Notes under the pieces: model-generated
What the model saw: the letters and a program-made list of their open reading frames with translations, nothing else
Database searches by the model: none
What the model was told of the DNA's origin: nothing
Shown here: positions 27,602 through 38,265 of the stretch, piece after piece
How the letters are laid out: every line of letters begins with the position of its first letter
Numbering within the stretch: position 1 is the first letter of the stretch
Program-made: the position numbers and the translations under genes
Assembly: GCA_018696595.1 (NCBI GenBank)
Contig: JABHQW010000001.1
Span: forward strand, 6,223-70,222
DNA from: Candidatus Woesearchaeota archaeon
Lineage (GTDB): Archaea; Nanobdellota; Nanobdellia; Woesearchaeales; GW2011-AR9
Length of the DNA stretch: 64,000 nucleotides
Reading direction: 5' to 3'

Positions 27602-28894
27602 TTACATCTCTTTCTTAACTAATTCCTGACACATACCAGCTGCTACAGTAACACCAGAATCCCGGATTGCGAATCTACTCATCTGAGGGATTTCAGAGTT
27701 TTTCTCAATAACTAGTGGTTGTACAGGTCTCAATCTTACGATTGCTGCATCGCCGTTTCTTAAGATGTCTTTATTCTCAGTAACCTCGTTACCAGTTGCA
27801 GGATCCATTTTCTTAATAATCTCTACAAATTGGCAAGCAATCTGTGCTGTGTGAATATGGAATACTGGAGTATAACCAACAGTTACAACACTAGGATGGC
27901 TCATGATTACAATTTGTGCAGTGAATTCAGTTGCTACACTAGGAGGTGCATCAGCAGGGCCGATAACGTCTCCACGAGCGATGTCTTTCTTTCCGAATCC
28001 TCTAACGTTAAATCCAATGTTATCACCAGGTCCAGCTTGCTGAACTTGTTCGTGATGCATTTCAATAGATTTACATTCGCCAGGAACTCCTTTACCTTCT
28101 CTTCCAGGAACTGCAATAATCTTGTCACCAATCTTCATAATACCAGTTTCAATTCTTCCAACAGGAACAACTCCGATACCAGTAATATTGTAAACATCCT
28201 GTAAAGGAAGTCTTAATGGTAAATCGGTTGGTTTTTGAGGAACCTCAAACTTATCAATTGCTTGTAATAAATTGTCTCCAGTCCACCAAGGCATTTTCTC
28301 AGTTTTCTTAGCAATATTATCTCCAGGTAAGGAAGCAATAGGTAAGAAAGCAATCTTATCAGGTGCCCATCCAGCTTGAGCTGCATGTTTTTTAACTTCT
28401 TCTACAACAGCTTTGTATCTGTCTTCAGAATAATCTACACCAGAAATGTCCATCTTGTTAACAGCAACAATTAATTGGCCTACTCCAAAGATCTTGGATA
28501 ATTTCAAATGTTCAATAGTTTGTGCATTAACACCATCGTTAGCTGCAACAACTAAAACAGCACAGTCAGCTTGAGCTGCACCAGTAATCATGTTTTTAAT
28601 AAAGTCTCTGTGCCCAGGAGCGTCGATAACAGTAAAGTAATATTTGTCTGTATCGAATCTTTTGTGAGCCAAGTCGATTGTAACTCCTCTTTCCTGTTCT
28701 TCTTTTAAGTTATCCATAACGAAAGCAAACTCGAATCCTTTTTTACCAAGTTGTTCAGCTTTCTCTTTTAATTTTCTCATAGTTTGTTCGTCAATATTTC
28801 CTGCGTCGAACAATAATCTACCTACAGTTGTGGATTTACCGTGATCTACGTGACCGATAAATACCAAGTTAATATGTTCTTTTTCTTTTGCCAT
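27602..28894 (-). CDS. tuf: elongation factor 1-alpha
   Basis: [22 protein letters not shown]-motifs; 430 aa. Confidence 0.95.
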   Translation of the reverse strand: MAKEKEHINLVFIGHVDHGKSTTVGRLLFDAGNIDEQTMRKLKEKAEQLGKKGFEFAFVMDNLKEEQERGVTIDLAHKRFDTDKYYFTVIDAPGHRDFIKNMITGAAQADCAVLVVAANDGVNAQTIEHLKLSKIFGVGQLIVAVNKMDISGVDYSEDRYKAVVEEVKKHAAQAGWAPDKIAFLPIASLPGDNIAKKTEKMPWWTGDNLLQAIDKFEVPQKPTDLPLRLPLQDVYNITGIGVVPVGRIETGIMKIGDKIIAVPGREGKGVPGECKSIEMHHEQVQQAGPGDNIGFNVRGFGKKDIARGDVIGPADAPPSVATEFTAQIVIMSHPSVVTVGYTPVFHIHTAQIACQFVEIIKKMDPATGNEVTENKDILRNGDAAIVRLRPVQPLVIEKNSEIPQMSRFAIRDSGVTVAAGMCQELVKKEM

Positions 28895-28949
28895 TTTATT
28901 CCTCCATTTTTATACTATAATAAGTATAATTGTTTAAGTTTGTTTTTGG

Positions 28950-28975
28950 CGGGTTTATTTATAAAGGTTTCTGAA
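28950..28975 (-). promoter_or_regulatory. putative BRE/TATA promoter of tuf
   Basis: Minus strand reads GAAACCTTTATAAATAAA about 60 nt upstream of the tuf ATG. Confidence 0.4.
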
Positions 28976-29072
28976 ATTTTAGTTTAAAATCTCTGAAAAA
29001 CTAAGAAAAATGTTATTTTTCTGTATAGTTTTGGTAAAAAGTAATAGAAACCGAGAGAGATAAAATGAATTT

Positions 29073-29900
29073 TTATTCTTCTTTCCCTATGTGTAACTGA
29101 CTAAAATAATCATAAGCCAGTTTACGGGCTTCATTCATCATTCTTCTAATTTTATCTTCTGGTAAAGGAATTAAGTCTTCTTCTGGAGTAATTTCCGCTT
29201 CGACAAAATGTGTTCCCCCGCTTGAATCAAAATAAACAGATCTTTCTCCATTTACAATATGTGCATTTTTTAGTCTTTCTTCAAGTTCTTCGCAAAAGAA
29301 TTTATTTAAGTCTGGTTTATCTCCTTGAATTCTTTGAGAATACTTCACTAATTGAGAAAAAAAGTCTAATCCTTTTTGGTAAGGATTATCAAGTATTAAT
29401 TTCTTTTCCGACCCAATATAATTATCGGCTTTAAGTCGTGCCAATTCATCTATACTTTTTTCTTTAACATCCCTAACTAAACTCTCTAAATCACTTTCAT
29501 CAGGAAACCGAGAACGAATTAATCCTAAAAAGATTTCTGCTAATTCATTGGAATCAGTCTCTCCATAAGATATTAATCCACCAATAAAAGTTAACATTCT
29601 CCCTTTGTTATCACTTCCAACTATTCCTTTCTGGATTCCACTTATAGTTGTATAACTTCCTTCATCTTTTTTCAATAAAAAGAGTGAACTTTCCAAACCC
29701 TCTGATTCTGAACTAGGAACAGCCATGTATAAAAGGACAGATTCATCGTTTAATTGATACTGAAAAACAATTTCAGGACTAGAAACAATCTTAAAATAAG
29801 GTCCAAGACATCTTGCAGAATATTCTTTTGTAGTTTCATTAAATTGAAGTTTAAAATCTCTGTCTTCAACTTTCTCCCATTGGTAATCTTTATCAACCAT
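29073..29900 (-). CDS. hypothetical protein inserted between EF-2 and EF-1alpha
   Basis: 275 aa ORF, no recognisable motif; interrupts the conserved str arrangement. Confidence 0.4.
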   Translation of the reverse strand: MVDKDYQWEKVEDRDFKLQFNETTKEYSARCLGPYFKIVSSPEIVFQYQLNDESVLLYMAVPSSESEGLESSLFLLKKDEGSYTTISGIQKGIVGSDNKGRMLTFIGGLISYGETDSNELAEIFLGLIRSRFPDESDLESLVRDVKEKSIDELARLKADNYIGSEKKLILDNPYQKGLDFFSQLVKYSQRIQGDKPDLNKFFCEELEERLKNAHIVNGERSVYFDSSGGTHFVEAEITPEEDLIPLPEDKIRRMMNEARKLAYDYFSQLHIGKEE

Positions 29901-29991
29901 TACGGTAAACTAAGAAGCAGGAATATATAAAAGTTATGATACAATCACTAAAGAGTTAAAAAATATAAAAAAGAAAAGAAAAAAAGAAAAT

Positions 29992-32190
29992 CTAAGCCCC
30001 CAAATTACCAGCAGTTAAACCTTTCCTCTGTACAATCTGAGTCTGAATCTTATCCTGTAATTCTCTAGGTAACATCTCAAACGACTGATCAACCAATGAA
30101 GAATTTCCACGGCCACCAGTACCTGAACGAAGATCGTTACTCCAACCGAACAGTTCACCAACAGGCAACTTTGCAACAATTACAGTAATGTCTCCTTCTT
30201 GGTTCATTTCCAATAATTGCCCTCTCTTAGAAGAAACCAATTTAGAAATTTCTCCAACATACTCGTCAGGAACTTCAATTCTAGTTACTTGTAATGGTTC
30301 GTACAATAAAGGACCAGCTTGCATCATTGCTCCCCGGATACCTTCTCTTACAGCAGGATACATCTGAGCAGGACCACGATGAATAGCATCTTCGTGCAAA
30401 GTACAATCCATTAATCGAACTTTAACTTTAATACATGGTTCTTTTGCTAAAGGACCAGCGTTCATTACATCTTCAAACATGTCAAGAAGTAATTCCATGA
30501 TTTCATTAATGTGTACAATACCACGAGTATTATCCATGAATAGATTACCATTACATTCTGCTCTAACACTTTGAGCAGTTTTTGTGTCCCAATCACATTC
30601 ATCTCTTAAGAAAGATATTACTTCAGCATCTTTCTTTTTGAATCTTCCATGACCCATTTTATCAGCTTTAATTCCAGCAACAACATCATCTTCTAAAGGT
30701 TCAACAATAAAGTAAAGTTTATTGTGTTTGTTAGGAGACTTTCCTTCAACTTGTGGACTGGTTTTAGTAATTGCTTCACGATAAACAACAATTGGAGGAG
30801 AAGTTTTAACTTCAACACCTTTCTCTTTAATGATTCGGTGTTCAATAACTTCCAAATGTAACTCTCCCATCCCGTGAAGTAAATGTTCCCCAGTTTCTTC
30901 GTTAATCTCAACAACAATTGTAGGATCTTCTTTTTGTACTTGTCGAAGAACTTCAATTAATTTAGGTAAATCACTAGGTCTTTTTGCTTCAATTGCTTTA
31001 GTAACAACAGGATCAAAGAGATGAGAAATCTTTTCAAAAGGTTCAGCTTTTCCGTCAGAAGTAACAGTTTCACCAGGCATACCGGCTCTTAAACCACCAA
31101 CACCAATAATGTTTCCAGCTGAAACATTATCAACAATTTCTTTCTTCGCTCCATTATAGATGTAAACTTGCTGAATTCTTCCAGCAGACTTAGCCATGTT
31201 TAACCAAACTTCTTCTCCTTTCTTCATTGTTCCACCAAAAAGTCTACCTGCAGCAATTTCTCCTGCTTGTGGATCAACAACAACTTTAGTAATTACAAAG
31301 AATAATCTTCCTTTAGGATCACAATTCATCAGAGTTTTCCCGTCAGCAGATTCTAAGTCTCCTTGCCATAATTTTGGAATTCGATATTTTTGTGCCTGAA
31401 CAGGATTAGGATGATGTTCAACTGACATGTCTAAAACAACTTCGTGAATAGGTGCTTTTTTTGCCAAAGCTTTAACTTTTTCATCAACTTCATCACTAGT
31501 TCCTTCATAAGCATCAATAATTTCTTTAAAAGAAATTCCTTTCTTCTGCATGTAAGGTAAACTGATTCCCCAATTGTGGTAAGCAGAACCAAAACCAACT
31601 GTCCCTTTTTCAATACCAACTTGCCAAAGATCTTTATACTCATCAGGGGCCACGTTTCTAATAATTTTATTAACGTCAGCAATTTGTTTAATGAACCTTT
31701 GCTGCATTTGTTCAGGAGTAAGTTTTAATTCTTTGATTAACCGATCAACTTTGTTAATAAACAAAACAGGTCTAACTCTTTCTTTCAAAGCTTGTCTAAG
31801 AACAGTTTCGGTCTGTGGCATTGCCCCTTCTGAAGCACAGATTAAAACTACTGCCCCGTCAACTGCTCGCATTGCCCTTGTTACGTCTCCACCAAAGTCT
31901 ACGTGGCCAGGAGTATCAATTAAGTTAATTAAAAACTCTGTCTCACCTACGGTGTGAACCATAGATACGGAAGCGGAATCAATTGTAATTCCTCTTTCCT
32001 GTTCGTCCTCATGAAAGTCAAGCTTACAAGCTTTACCTGCATCTTCTTCACTCATCATACCTGCACCAGCAAGTAAGTTATCGGAAAATGTTGTCTTCCC
32101 GTGATCGATGTGTGCGCAAATTGCGATATTTCTTATTTGGTCGGGTTTACTAGCTAACCTCATAACCATGTCAACCATTTTTTCTGCCAT
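29992..32190 (-). CDS. fusA: elongation factor 2
   Basis: 732 aa; AHIDHGKTT, DTPGHVDF, NKVD G-motifs; diphthamide-region His present. Confidence 0.95.
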   Translation of the reverse strand: MAEKMVDMVMRLASKPDQIRNIAICAHIDHGKTTFSDNLLAGAGMMSEEDAGKACKLDFHEDEQERGITIDSASVSMVHTVGETEFLINLIDTPGHVDFGGDVTRAMRAVDGAVVLICASEGAMPQTETVLRQALKERVRPVLFINKVDRLIKELKLTPEQMQQRFIKQIADVNKIIRNVAPDEYKDLWQVGIEKGTVGFGSAYHNWGISLPYMQKKGISFKEIIDAYEGTSDEVDEKVKALAKKAPIHEVVLDMSVEHHPNPVQAQKYRIPKLWQGDLESADGKTLMNCDPKGRLFFVITKVVVDPQAGEIAAGRLFGGTMKKGEEVWLNMAKSAGRIQQVYIYNGAKKEIVDNVSAGNIIGVGGLRAGMPGETVTSDGKAEPFEKISHLFDPVVTKAIEAKRPSDLPKLIEVLRQVQKEDPTIVVEINEETGEHLLHGMGELHLEVIEHRIIKEKGVEVKTSPPIVVYREAITKTSPQVEGKSPNKHNKLYFIVEPLEDDVVAGIKADKMGHGRFKKKDAEVISFLRDECDWDTKTAQSVRAECNGNLFMDNTRGIVHINEIMELLLDMFEDVMNAGPLAKEPCIKVKVRLMDCTLHEDAIHRGPAQMYPAVREGIRGAMMQAGPLLYEPLQVTRIEVPDEYVGEISKLVSSKRGQLLEMNQEGDITVIVAKLPVGELFGWSNDLRSGTGGRGNSSLVDQSFEMLPRELQDKIQTQIVQRKGLTAGNLGA

Positions 32191-32217
32191 TTTTATTTTA
32201 CCTCGTTATAATTTATC

Positions 32218-32862
32218 TTAATTGTTATCAATTGCTGTGAAAACTTTTTCCATGATCTGGTCTTTATACTTGCCCATGTCTTCATTGATTGTTAATTCTC
32301 GTAACAAACCTTTTTCTTTGTAATAATCGATCAAGGGAGCGGTTTGTTCCTCGTAAACTTTTAACCTTTCTTCAATTACTTCTGGAAGTTCATCAGATCT
32401 TTGAATTAATTCCCCTTCACATTTATCACAAACCCCTTCCACTTGAGGAGGTAAGTTAACCATATGGAATGTTGCTGCACATTTCTTACAAGTTCTTCTT
32501 CCAGTAAGACGTTGCATGATGATTTCTTTATCTGCTTTGAAATTAATAGCCATATCAACCTCAACAAATTCTGCTAAAGCTTCTGCTTGCGGAATTGTTC
32601 TTGGAAAACCGTCCAAAACAAAACCTTTCTGGGTATCTTCTCTACTTAGACGCTCTTTCATCATTTCAATAGTGATTTCATCAGGAACTAAGTGGCCAGC
32701 ATCAATTAACTCTTTAGCTTTCTTTCCCAATTCAGTTTCATTTTTAATATTCTCTCTAAATAGATCCCCACTAGAGATTGTAATAATACCATACTTCTCG
32801 ACAATCAATTTAGCGTAAGTACCTTTGCCCACTCCTGGACTTCCTAAAGCAATAATTTTCAT
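32218..32862 (-). CDS. adk: adenylate kinase, bacterial long type with zinc lid
   Basis: MKIIALGSPGVGKGT P-loop; CKKC...CDKC lid. Confidence 0.9.
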   Translation of the reverse strand: MKIIALGSPGVGKGTYAKLIVEKYGIITISSGDLFRENIKNETELGKKAKELIDAGHLVPDEITIEMMKERLSREDTQKGFVLDGFPRTIPQAEALAEFVEVDMAINFKADKEIIMQRLTGRRTCKKCAATFHMVNLPPQVEGVCDKCEGELIQRSDELPEVIEERLKVYEEQTAPLIDYYKEKGLLRELTINEDMGKYKDQIMEKVFTAIDNN

Positions 32863-32874
32863 TTTTATAACACC

Positions 32875-33456
32875 TCAATATTTATGCATAACTTTCCAGC
32901 GGTTTGTTTCCCAACCAAAGATTTCTTCTGGTTTGAACCACAAAGCAACTTCATTATCAGCTTCTTCCTTATTTCCAGAAGCGTGTACTAAATTTCTTAA
33001 CGGCCTTCCCAACTTATCAGCCATACCATAAGATTCAGTACTGAAATCTCCACGAATTGTTCCGATTGGTGCGCCTTTTGATTCTGCAGGGCCAACAATT
33101 TTTCTTCCAACTTCAATTGCATGGAAACCTTCCCAAATCATCGCCACAACTGGACCTTCAGTAAGATATTTCATGTTCCAATTCTTAACCCGAGTAGCAA
33201 TTTCTTCATTAGTTTCTTTTACTTCTGCCCCCCTAGAAGCAGCAGCTTTACGAGTATTCTCTCCTAACTTCTCAATAAATGCAGGAGTTAAAACATAATG
33301 TTTGTCTGCAATTGCTTCAGTAGGAAAAACCATTTTCATTGCCACTAGTTTAAGTCCTCGCTGTTCAAATCTTTTAATAATTTCTCCAACTAGTCCTCTC
33401 TGAACACCGTCGTGTTTAACGGCGATAAAAGTTCTTTCAATTAAATCTTTAACCAT
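32875..33456 (-). CDS. ndk: nucleoside diphosphate kinase (with internal insertion)
   Basis: ERTFIAVKHDGVQRGLVGEIIKRFEQRGLKLVAMKM and NLVHASGN (active-site His) motifs; about 40 extra residues mid-protein. Confidence 0.85.
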   Translation of the reverse strand: MVKDLIERTFIAVKHDGVQRGLVGEIIKRFEQRGLKLVAMKMVFPTEAIADKHYVLTPAFIEKLGENTRKAAASRGAEVKETNEEIATRVKNWNMKYLTEGPVVAMIWEGFHAIEVGRKIVGPAESKGAPIGTIRGDFSTESYGMADKLGRPLRNLVHASGNKEEADNEVALWFKPEEIFGWETNRWKVMHKY

Positions 33457-33457
33457 T

Positions 33458-33763
33458 TTATTTTGTCACCTCGTCGATCCATTCTTCTACACCTTCAGTA
33501 GATCGTTCAATATGAATCACTTCTATTGCAAGCAAGTCGTAAGGATGAATTTCTTTAATTTTGTTTATTGTTTCTTCAACTAAAGAGTCTTTAGTTTTTA
33601 TCATTAAAGTAAACTCGTTTGTTTTTTCGATATTACCTTTCCACCAATAACTACTTTTTCCTGGAAGAATATTAACACAAGCTACTAATTTTTCTTTTAG
33701 TAAGACTTCAGTTATTTCATCAGCTTTTTGTTCGTCATTGATGTAAGTAATTATCTTCTTCAT
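33458..33763 (-). CDS. cutA: divalent-cation tolerance protein CutA
   Basis: 101 aa; VACVNILPGKSSYWWKGNIE and HPYDLLAIEV CutA signature. Confidence 0.75.
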   Translation of the reverse strand: MKKIITYINDEQKADEITEVLLKEKLVACVNILPGKSSYWWKGNIEKTNEFTLMIKTKDSLVEETINKIKEIHPYDLLAIEVIHIERSTEGVEEWIDEVTK

Positions 33764-33954
33764 TCTTTCTGATCTTTTTTATGTTCCTTTCTAAAAAACT
33801 CAGTCCATTTTACTCTTAATGGCTTTCGTTTTAGTACTAACATGTTTTTCTCACACTTGCCGGAACAAAAGTTCAGAATTTTACCAGAAGCATAAACAAA
33901 TATTTTTCCAGTACTTTTCTGAATGGAATTTCCACAAAAATTACACTTAGGCAT
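33760..33954 (-). CDS. rpl24e: 50S ribosomal protein L24e
   Basis: MPKCNFCGNSI...FCSGKC zinc ribbon typical of L24e. Confidence 0.85.
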   Translation of the reverse strand: MPKCNFCGNSIQKSTGKIFVYASGKILNFCSGKCEKNMLVLKRKPLRVKWTEFFRKEHKKDQKE

Positions 33955-33956
33955 TT

Positions 33957-34250
33957 TTATTTCCTCCCGCCGCGTCTACCGCCGCCGAGACGTTGAGCCT
34001 CAATTTCTGTCTCTAATAACATTAATGTGTCGCCAACTCTTACTGGGCCTTTAACGTTTCTTCGAAGAGATTTTCCTTTGTCTCTGCCGTCTAAAACATT
34101 ACACATTACCTGAGTGATTTCTCCTCTAGAACCTGCCCGGATTACAATTTCCTTAACTTCTGCAGGAATTCCAGGAGTAAAAGTAACTTGACCTTCTACT
34201 TTACTTCCCTCAGCTTTTTTATCGTTCTTACTAACCATTTTCTGGGCCAT
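33957..34250 (-). CDS. rps28e: 30S ribosomal protein S28e
   Basis: [46 protein letters not shown] matches S28e; N-terminal extension. Confidence 0.8.
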   Translation of the reverse strand: MAQKMVSKNDKKAEGSKVEGQVTFTPGIPAEVKEIVIRAGSRGEITQVMCNVLDGRDKGKSLRRNVKGPVRVGDTLMLLETEIEAQRLGGGRRGGRK

Positions 34251-34252
34251 AT

Positions 34253-34570
34253 TTATTCACCCTTAAGAGCTTCAATTTGTGCTTTAGCATCTCCTTCTTT
34301 AACAACAGCTACTGCTGCGGTTGAAACTGCTAATCCTGCTGCTGCACCTAAATCTTCCTTTTTAGTAATTTCTACACAAGGAATGTTTTTATCTTTGCAC
34401 AACAATGGTAAATGCATAACTACTTCTTTAGGAGATACGTCTGCTGCGTAAACTACTAATTTTGCGTTACCTTTTTCGATTGCTTTAGTTGCTTCGTTAG
34501 CGCCTTTTCTAATTTTACCGCTAGTTCTTGCGATTTCTACTATTTCTAATACTTTTGCTTCATCAGCCAT
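34253..34570 (-). CDS. rpl7ae: 50S ribosomal protein L7Ae
   Basis: [12 protein letters not shown]...[30 protein letters not shown]; start taken at ATG 34570 rather than the longer ORF. Confidence 0.9.
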   Translation of the reverse strand: MADEAKVLEIVEIARTSGKIRKGANEATKAIEKGNAKLVVYAADVSPKEVVMHLPLLCKDKNIPCVEITKKEDLGAAAGLAVSTAAVAVVKEGDAKAQIEALKGE

Positions 34571-34640
34571 TTTATTTGTCCTCTCAGTTATTTCGCGAAC
34601 TGGGAGCGAGGTGCGACACATGAAAATTAACAAAGATTAA
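34571..34640 (-). promoter_or_regulatory. L7Ae mRNA leader with K-turn (C/D-box-like) element, putative autoregulatory site
   Basis: mRNA reads ..GUCGCACCUCGCUCCCAGUUCGCGAAAUAACUGAGAGGACAAAUAAAAUGGCUGAUGAAGC: CUGA (D-like) upstream and GCUGAUGA (C-like) spanning codons 2-4; GC-rich in an AT-rich genome. Confidence 0.45.
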
Positions 34641-34886
34641 TTTTCAGTGCTAAAATTTGATAGTTTTCAAATTTCATGCATGCGTTCGTTACACTTCACT
34701 TAGTCTCACGAAAAAACTATTTATTTTTTTATAGTAACAAAGAATTATCAATGTTACCTCGTTGTGTTTACCCAACTCATTGGTAATATAAGTTAAATCA
34801 GTGAGTTCTTTATAAATGTTATGGGGGGAATAAAGTAATATCCAATTCCACAAACTTCTTAAACAAAAAAAACAAAGCGATGTACT

Positions 34887-36626
34887 ATGTGTGGAATAAT
34901 TGGTTATATTGGTGATAGAGAAGCTAATGATATTCTTATAGCTGGTTTAGAAAGATTAGAATATAGAGGATACGATTCTGCAGGGGTTGCTACGATTCAC
35001 AATAATTCTCTTTGTATTAATAAAAAGGAAGGAAGAGTTCAGAACCTAAAAGAACTGCCAAAACTTTCTGGGAACGTTGGAATCGCCCACACCAGATGGT
35101 CAACACACGGTAAACCTTCTGATAGAAATGCACACCCATTCACAGACAACACCAACAGTTTTACTTTAGTACATAACGGAATCATTGAAAATTATTTAGA
35201 ACTCAAAGCCGGCTTGCAAGAAGCAGGAGTTAATTTTACATCTGATACAGATTCAGAAGTTATTGTTCACTTAATTGCTAAAGCCTACATAGGAAACCTG
35301 AAAGAAGCTGTTTTGAAAGTAGTAAACTATTTGCAAGGCAGTTTTGCTCTTTGTGTAATTAACAAAGATTCAGACGAAATTATTGGCGCTAGGAACGGAT
35401 CCCCTTTACTTGTTGGTTTAGGAGATAATGAAAACTTTCTAGCTTCGGATGCATCTGCGATAATTGAACATACAAAGAAAGTGATTTATGTAAATGATTT
35501 TGAGGTTGTAGGAGTAAAGAAAGATTCTGTTAATATTTACGACTTTAATGGGAATGAGAAACCAAAAGAAATTAAAACAATTAATTGGGATTTAGAACAA
35601 GCTCAGAAATCTGGTTACAAACATTTCATGTTGAAAGAGATTTATGAACAGCCAAAAGTCATTGAAGATTCAATGCAAATTAATTTTAATGAAATGTTGA
35701 ATACTGGGGCTAATTTCAATAGAATAATAATAGTTGCCTGTGGAACTGCTTCATATGCAGGATTAGTTGGAAAATATGTGATTGAAAAAGTTGCCAAAGT
35801 CCCAGTAATAAATGAAATTGCTTCTGAGTTCAGATACAAAGAATGTTTAATTAATGAAAACGATTTAGTAATTGCCATCTCTCAATCTGGAGAAACGGCT
35901 GATACCTTAGCAGCGATTAGATTAGCTAAACAAAAAGGAGCAAAAACTCTTGGACTAATTAATGTTGTAGATTCAACAATTGCTAGAGAAGTTGATGATG
36001 TTGTTTATACTCGTGCTGGGCCAGAAATTGGTGTTGCATCAACAAAAGCTTTTACTTCTCAATTAATTACTTTGTACAAATTAGCTTTTCACTTAATTGG
36101 AGAAGAGTTCCAGTTTGATGTTGAGAAAATTAAACAAGCGTTATTATTAAATGAATCTATTAGAAAGTTAGCAAAGAAGTATTATCAATCAACTAATTTT
36201 CTTTACATTGGCAGAAATTTAAGTTTTCCTTTAGCTTTAGAGGGCGCCTTGAAATTAAAAGAGATTTCTTACATTCATGCAGAAGCTTATCCTGCAGGTG
36301 AGTTAAAACACGGACCAATTGCTTTAGTTTCAGAAGAAATGCCAACCGTTGCTATTTGCCCCAGGGATTCTGTTTACGAGAAAACTTTTTCTAATATCGA
36401 AGAAATCAAAGCACGGTCTGGAAAAGTAATTACTATCGCTACTTCTGGAGATGAGAAAATTAAAAAAGTTTCTGATGACGTAATTTACATTCCAGAAGTC
36501 CAAGAGATTCTTTATCCTTTAATTGTTGCTATTCCTTTACAATTGTTTGCTTATCATGTTGCAGATTTGCGTGATTGTGATGTTGATAAACCAAGGAATT
36601 TAGCTAAGAGTGTTACGGTAGAATAA
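34887..36626 (+). CDS. glmS: glutamine--fructose-6-phosphate aminotransferase
   Basis: MCGIIGYIG N-terminal nucleophile, two SIS domains. Confidence 0.95.
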   Translation: MCGIIGYIGDREANDILIAGLERLEYRGYDSAGVATIHNNSLCINKKEGRVQNLKELPKLSGNVGIAHTRWSTHGKPSDRNAHPFTDNTNSFTLVHNGIIENYLELKAGLQEAGVNFTSDTDSEVIVHLIAKAYIGNLKEAVLKVVNYLQGSFALCVINKDSDEIIGARNGSPLLVGLGDNENFLASDASAIIEHTKKVIYVNDFEVVGVKKDSVNIYDFNGNEKPKEIKTINWDLEQAQKSGYKHFMLKEIYEQPKVIEDSMQINFNEMLNTGANFNRIIIVACGTASYAGLVGKYVIEKVAKVPVINEIASEFRYKECLINENDLVIAISQSGETADTLAAIRLAKQKGAKTLGLINVVDSTIAREVDDVVYTRAGPEIGVASTKAFTSQLITLYKLAFHLIGEEFQFDVEKIKQALLLNESIRKLAKKYYQSTNFLYIGRNLSFPLALEGALKLKEISYIHAEAYPAGELKHGPIALVSEEMPTVAICPRDSVYEKTFSNIEEIKARSGKVITIATSGDEKIKKVSDDVIYIPEVQEILYPLIVAIPLQLFAYHVADLRDCDVDKPRNLAKSVTVE

Positions 36627-36634
36627 AAAAGAAA

Positions 36635-37561
36635 TTAAGAATAATGTTCTAAAAATTTAGTCAAAGCAGCTGCTCCTGAAGGAACCATTGTTGGACCATG
36701 TTCTCTTAAATAATCTGGCAATTCACCAAGTTTTACAATCTCAAGATCAGAATGCTCATACTTTCCCGGGGCTTTATCTTTCCAGGCCCTTAATAACTTA
36801 GTCGGGGGCAAATAAACAGGCACCATCCCAATTGCTTCTGGAATCCTTGAAGGGGTTTGTCGGATTATTCCTAAGAAACTTCCACCACCTACCCTTTCTG
36901 AAGGAACCCCTCCTTCTGCTTGAATTTCTCTTCTAGTTTGTTTAACAAAGTCAACCCCCCCTTTCTCTTCATCAACATTCATAAATCCACCAAAGACATG
37001 CCTAGTCTCTGGATATATCGCAACTTTGTCTGAACGTTTTCCAACCACGACAAAAGGTTTATCGCCTCTTTCGAATCCGTAAACCACAGCACAAACACCC
37101 ATCCCATTAGCAAAATAAATATTAGGATCAGCAAAATCTTCCAAACCAGCTTGCATGATTCTTTCCCTAAATTCGGGATCAACAACTGCTTGTTGATGAG
37201 TTCCAACAATATTCGAATAACCAACATGACCTAATGCTAACCGCAAAGTTTTCTTCCCTTCCTCAAAATGGATTTGGTCAACAACATATTTAGCATTAAA
37301 TCCCCCGATCTGACCAACCATTCTAGCAACAGCTAAAGGATCAGAACTTTGCATTGCATCTCTAAGATCTCCATCTCTTGCAATAGCTACATTTTGCATA
37401 TTTCTAGTCCAAAAATCACAAATTAGACTATATAATTCAGGACGATGATCTTCCACTTTTGGACGAGACCCGCGTTTCTTCGCTATCTTAGTCGTTAAAT
37501 CATCGTAAGGAATTGGTTCAGATACAGTCACAATTTCTTCCCAGGTTGGTTTGAATGTCAT
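36635..37561 (-). CDS. hypothetical protein
   Basis: 308 aa; region GGFMNVDEEKGGVDFVKQTRREIQAEGGV weakly resembles a degenerate Nudix box. Confidence 0.35.
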   Translation of the reverse strand: MTFKPTWEEIVTVSEPIPYDDLTTKIAKKRGSRPKVEDHRPELYSLICDFWTRNMQNVAIARDGDLRDAMQSSDPLAVARMVGQIGGFNAKYVVDQIHFEEGKKTLRLALGHVGYSNIVGTHQQAVVDPEFRERIMQAGLEDFADPNIYFANGMGVCAVVYGFERGDKPFVVVGKRSDKVAIYPETRHVFGGFMNVDEEKGGVDFVKQTRREIQAEGGVPSERVGGGSFLGIIRQTPSRIPEAIGMVPVYLPPTKLLRAWKDKAPGKYEHSDLEIVKLGELPDYLREHGPTMVPSGAAALTKFLEHYS

Positions 37562-37638
37562 AATATATAGTCACACCAATGTTTGCTTTATAAATATTAC
37601 CAAACTTCAGAACATCATAACACATTAGAAAACAATAA

Positions 37639-38145
37639 TTATATCTCTTTAGACATTGCCACCATTCTAAAGTTTTCCCCATTAATATCATGATCTAAAT
37701 CATTAACAACATTGTAACCTCTTGTAATATAAAAGTTTAAACTCAGGGGAATGTTCAATGATTCTAAATAAAAATAACTTGCTCCTGATTGTTTAGATTT
37801 ATTTTCAAGGTGATCCATAATTAATGTTCCAATCCCTTTACTTTGCATTTTTGGATTAACGTAAACAGATTTAATTTCCCAATACTTTTCACATTTAGCA
37901 ACCGCACCACAACCCAGGATTTCTTTTCCTTCTTGATAAACAATGAAATATCTATCGGCAAGATTGTGTTTAATCCCTTCTGGGGTAAAAAGAGAAGCAA
38001 ACAATACCAATTGTTTAGCAGAATAATGTCCTTCTCCTGAAGAAAGTAATGTTTCCTTAATTAATGAAACAATATCTATTAAATCTTTATCATTTGAAGT
38101 TATAACCCCATCAAGCGTACTAATTTCCCTTAATTCTCCAACCAT
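37639..38145 (-). CDS. GNAT family N-acetyltransferase
   Basis: QSKGIGTLIMDHLENKSKQSGASYFYLES. Confidence 0.65.
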   Translation of the reverse strand: MVGELREISTLDGVITSNDKDLIDIVSLIKETLLSSGEGHYSAKQLVLFASLFTPEGIKHNLADRYFIVYQEGKEILGCGAVAKCEKYWEIKSVYVNPKMQSKGIGTLIMDHLENKSKQSGASYFYLESLNIPLSLNFYITRGYNVVNDLDHDINGENFRMVAMSKEI

Positions 38146-38265
38146 TTACAAATAAAAAACAAGAGACATATAAAAACTTTGCGCTTATGACTACTGGTCA
38201 GAAGTTAAAAAACCAAGTATTGGAAAACAACAATAAATATAAACAACAACAAACCCAACAATTCT

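Noticed and set aside
27830-28204. Antisense ORFs within tuf, fusA, metK, P0 and others (for example 27830-28204, 31196-31399, 58086-58478, 61465-61891)
   Set aside because: They lie fully inside strongly supported genes on the opposite strand and have low-complexity translations. Treated as spurious frames.
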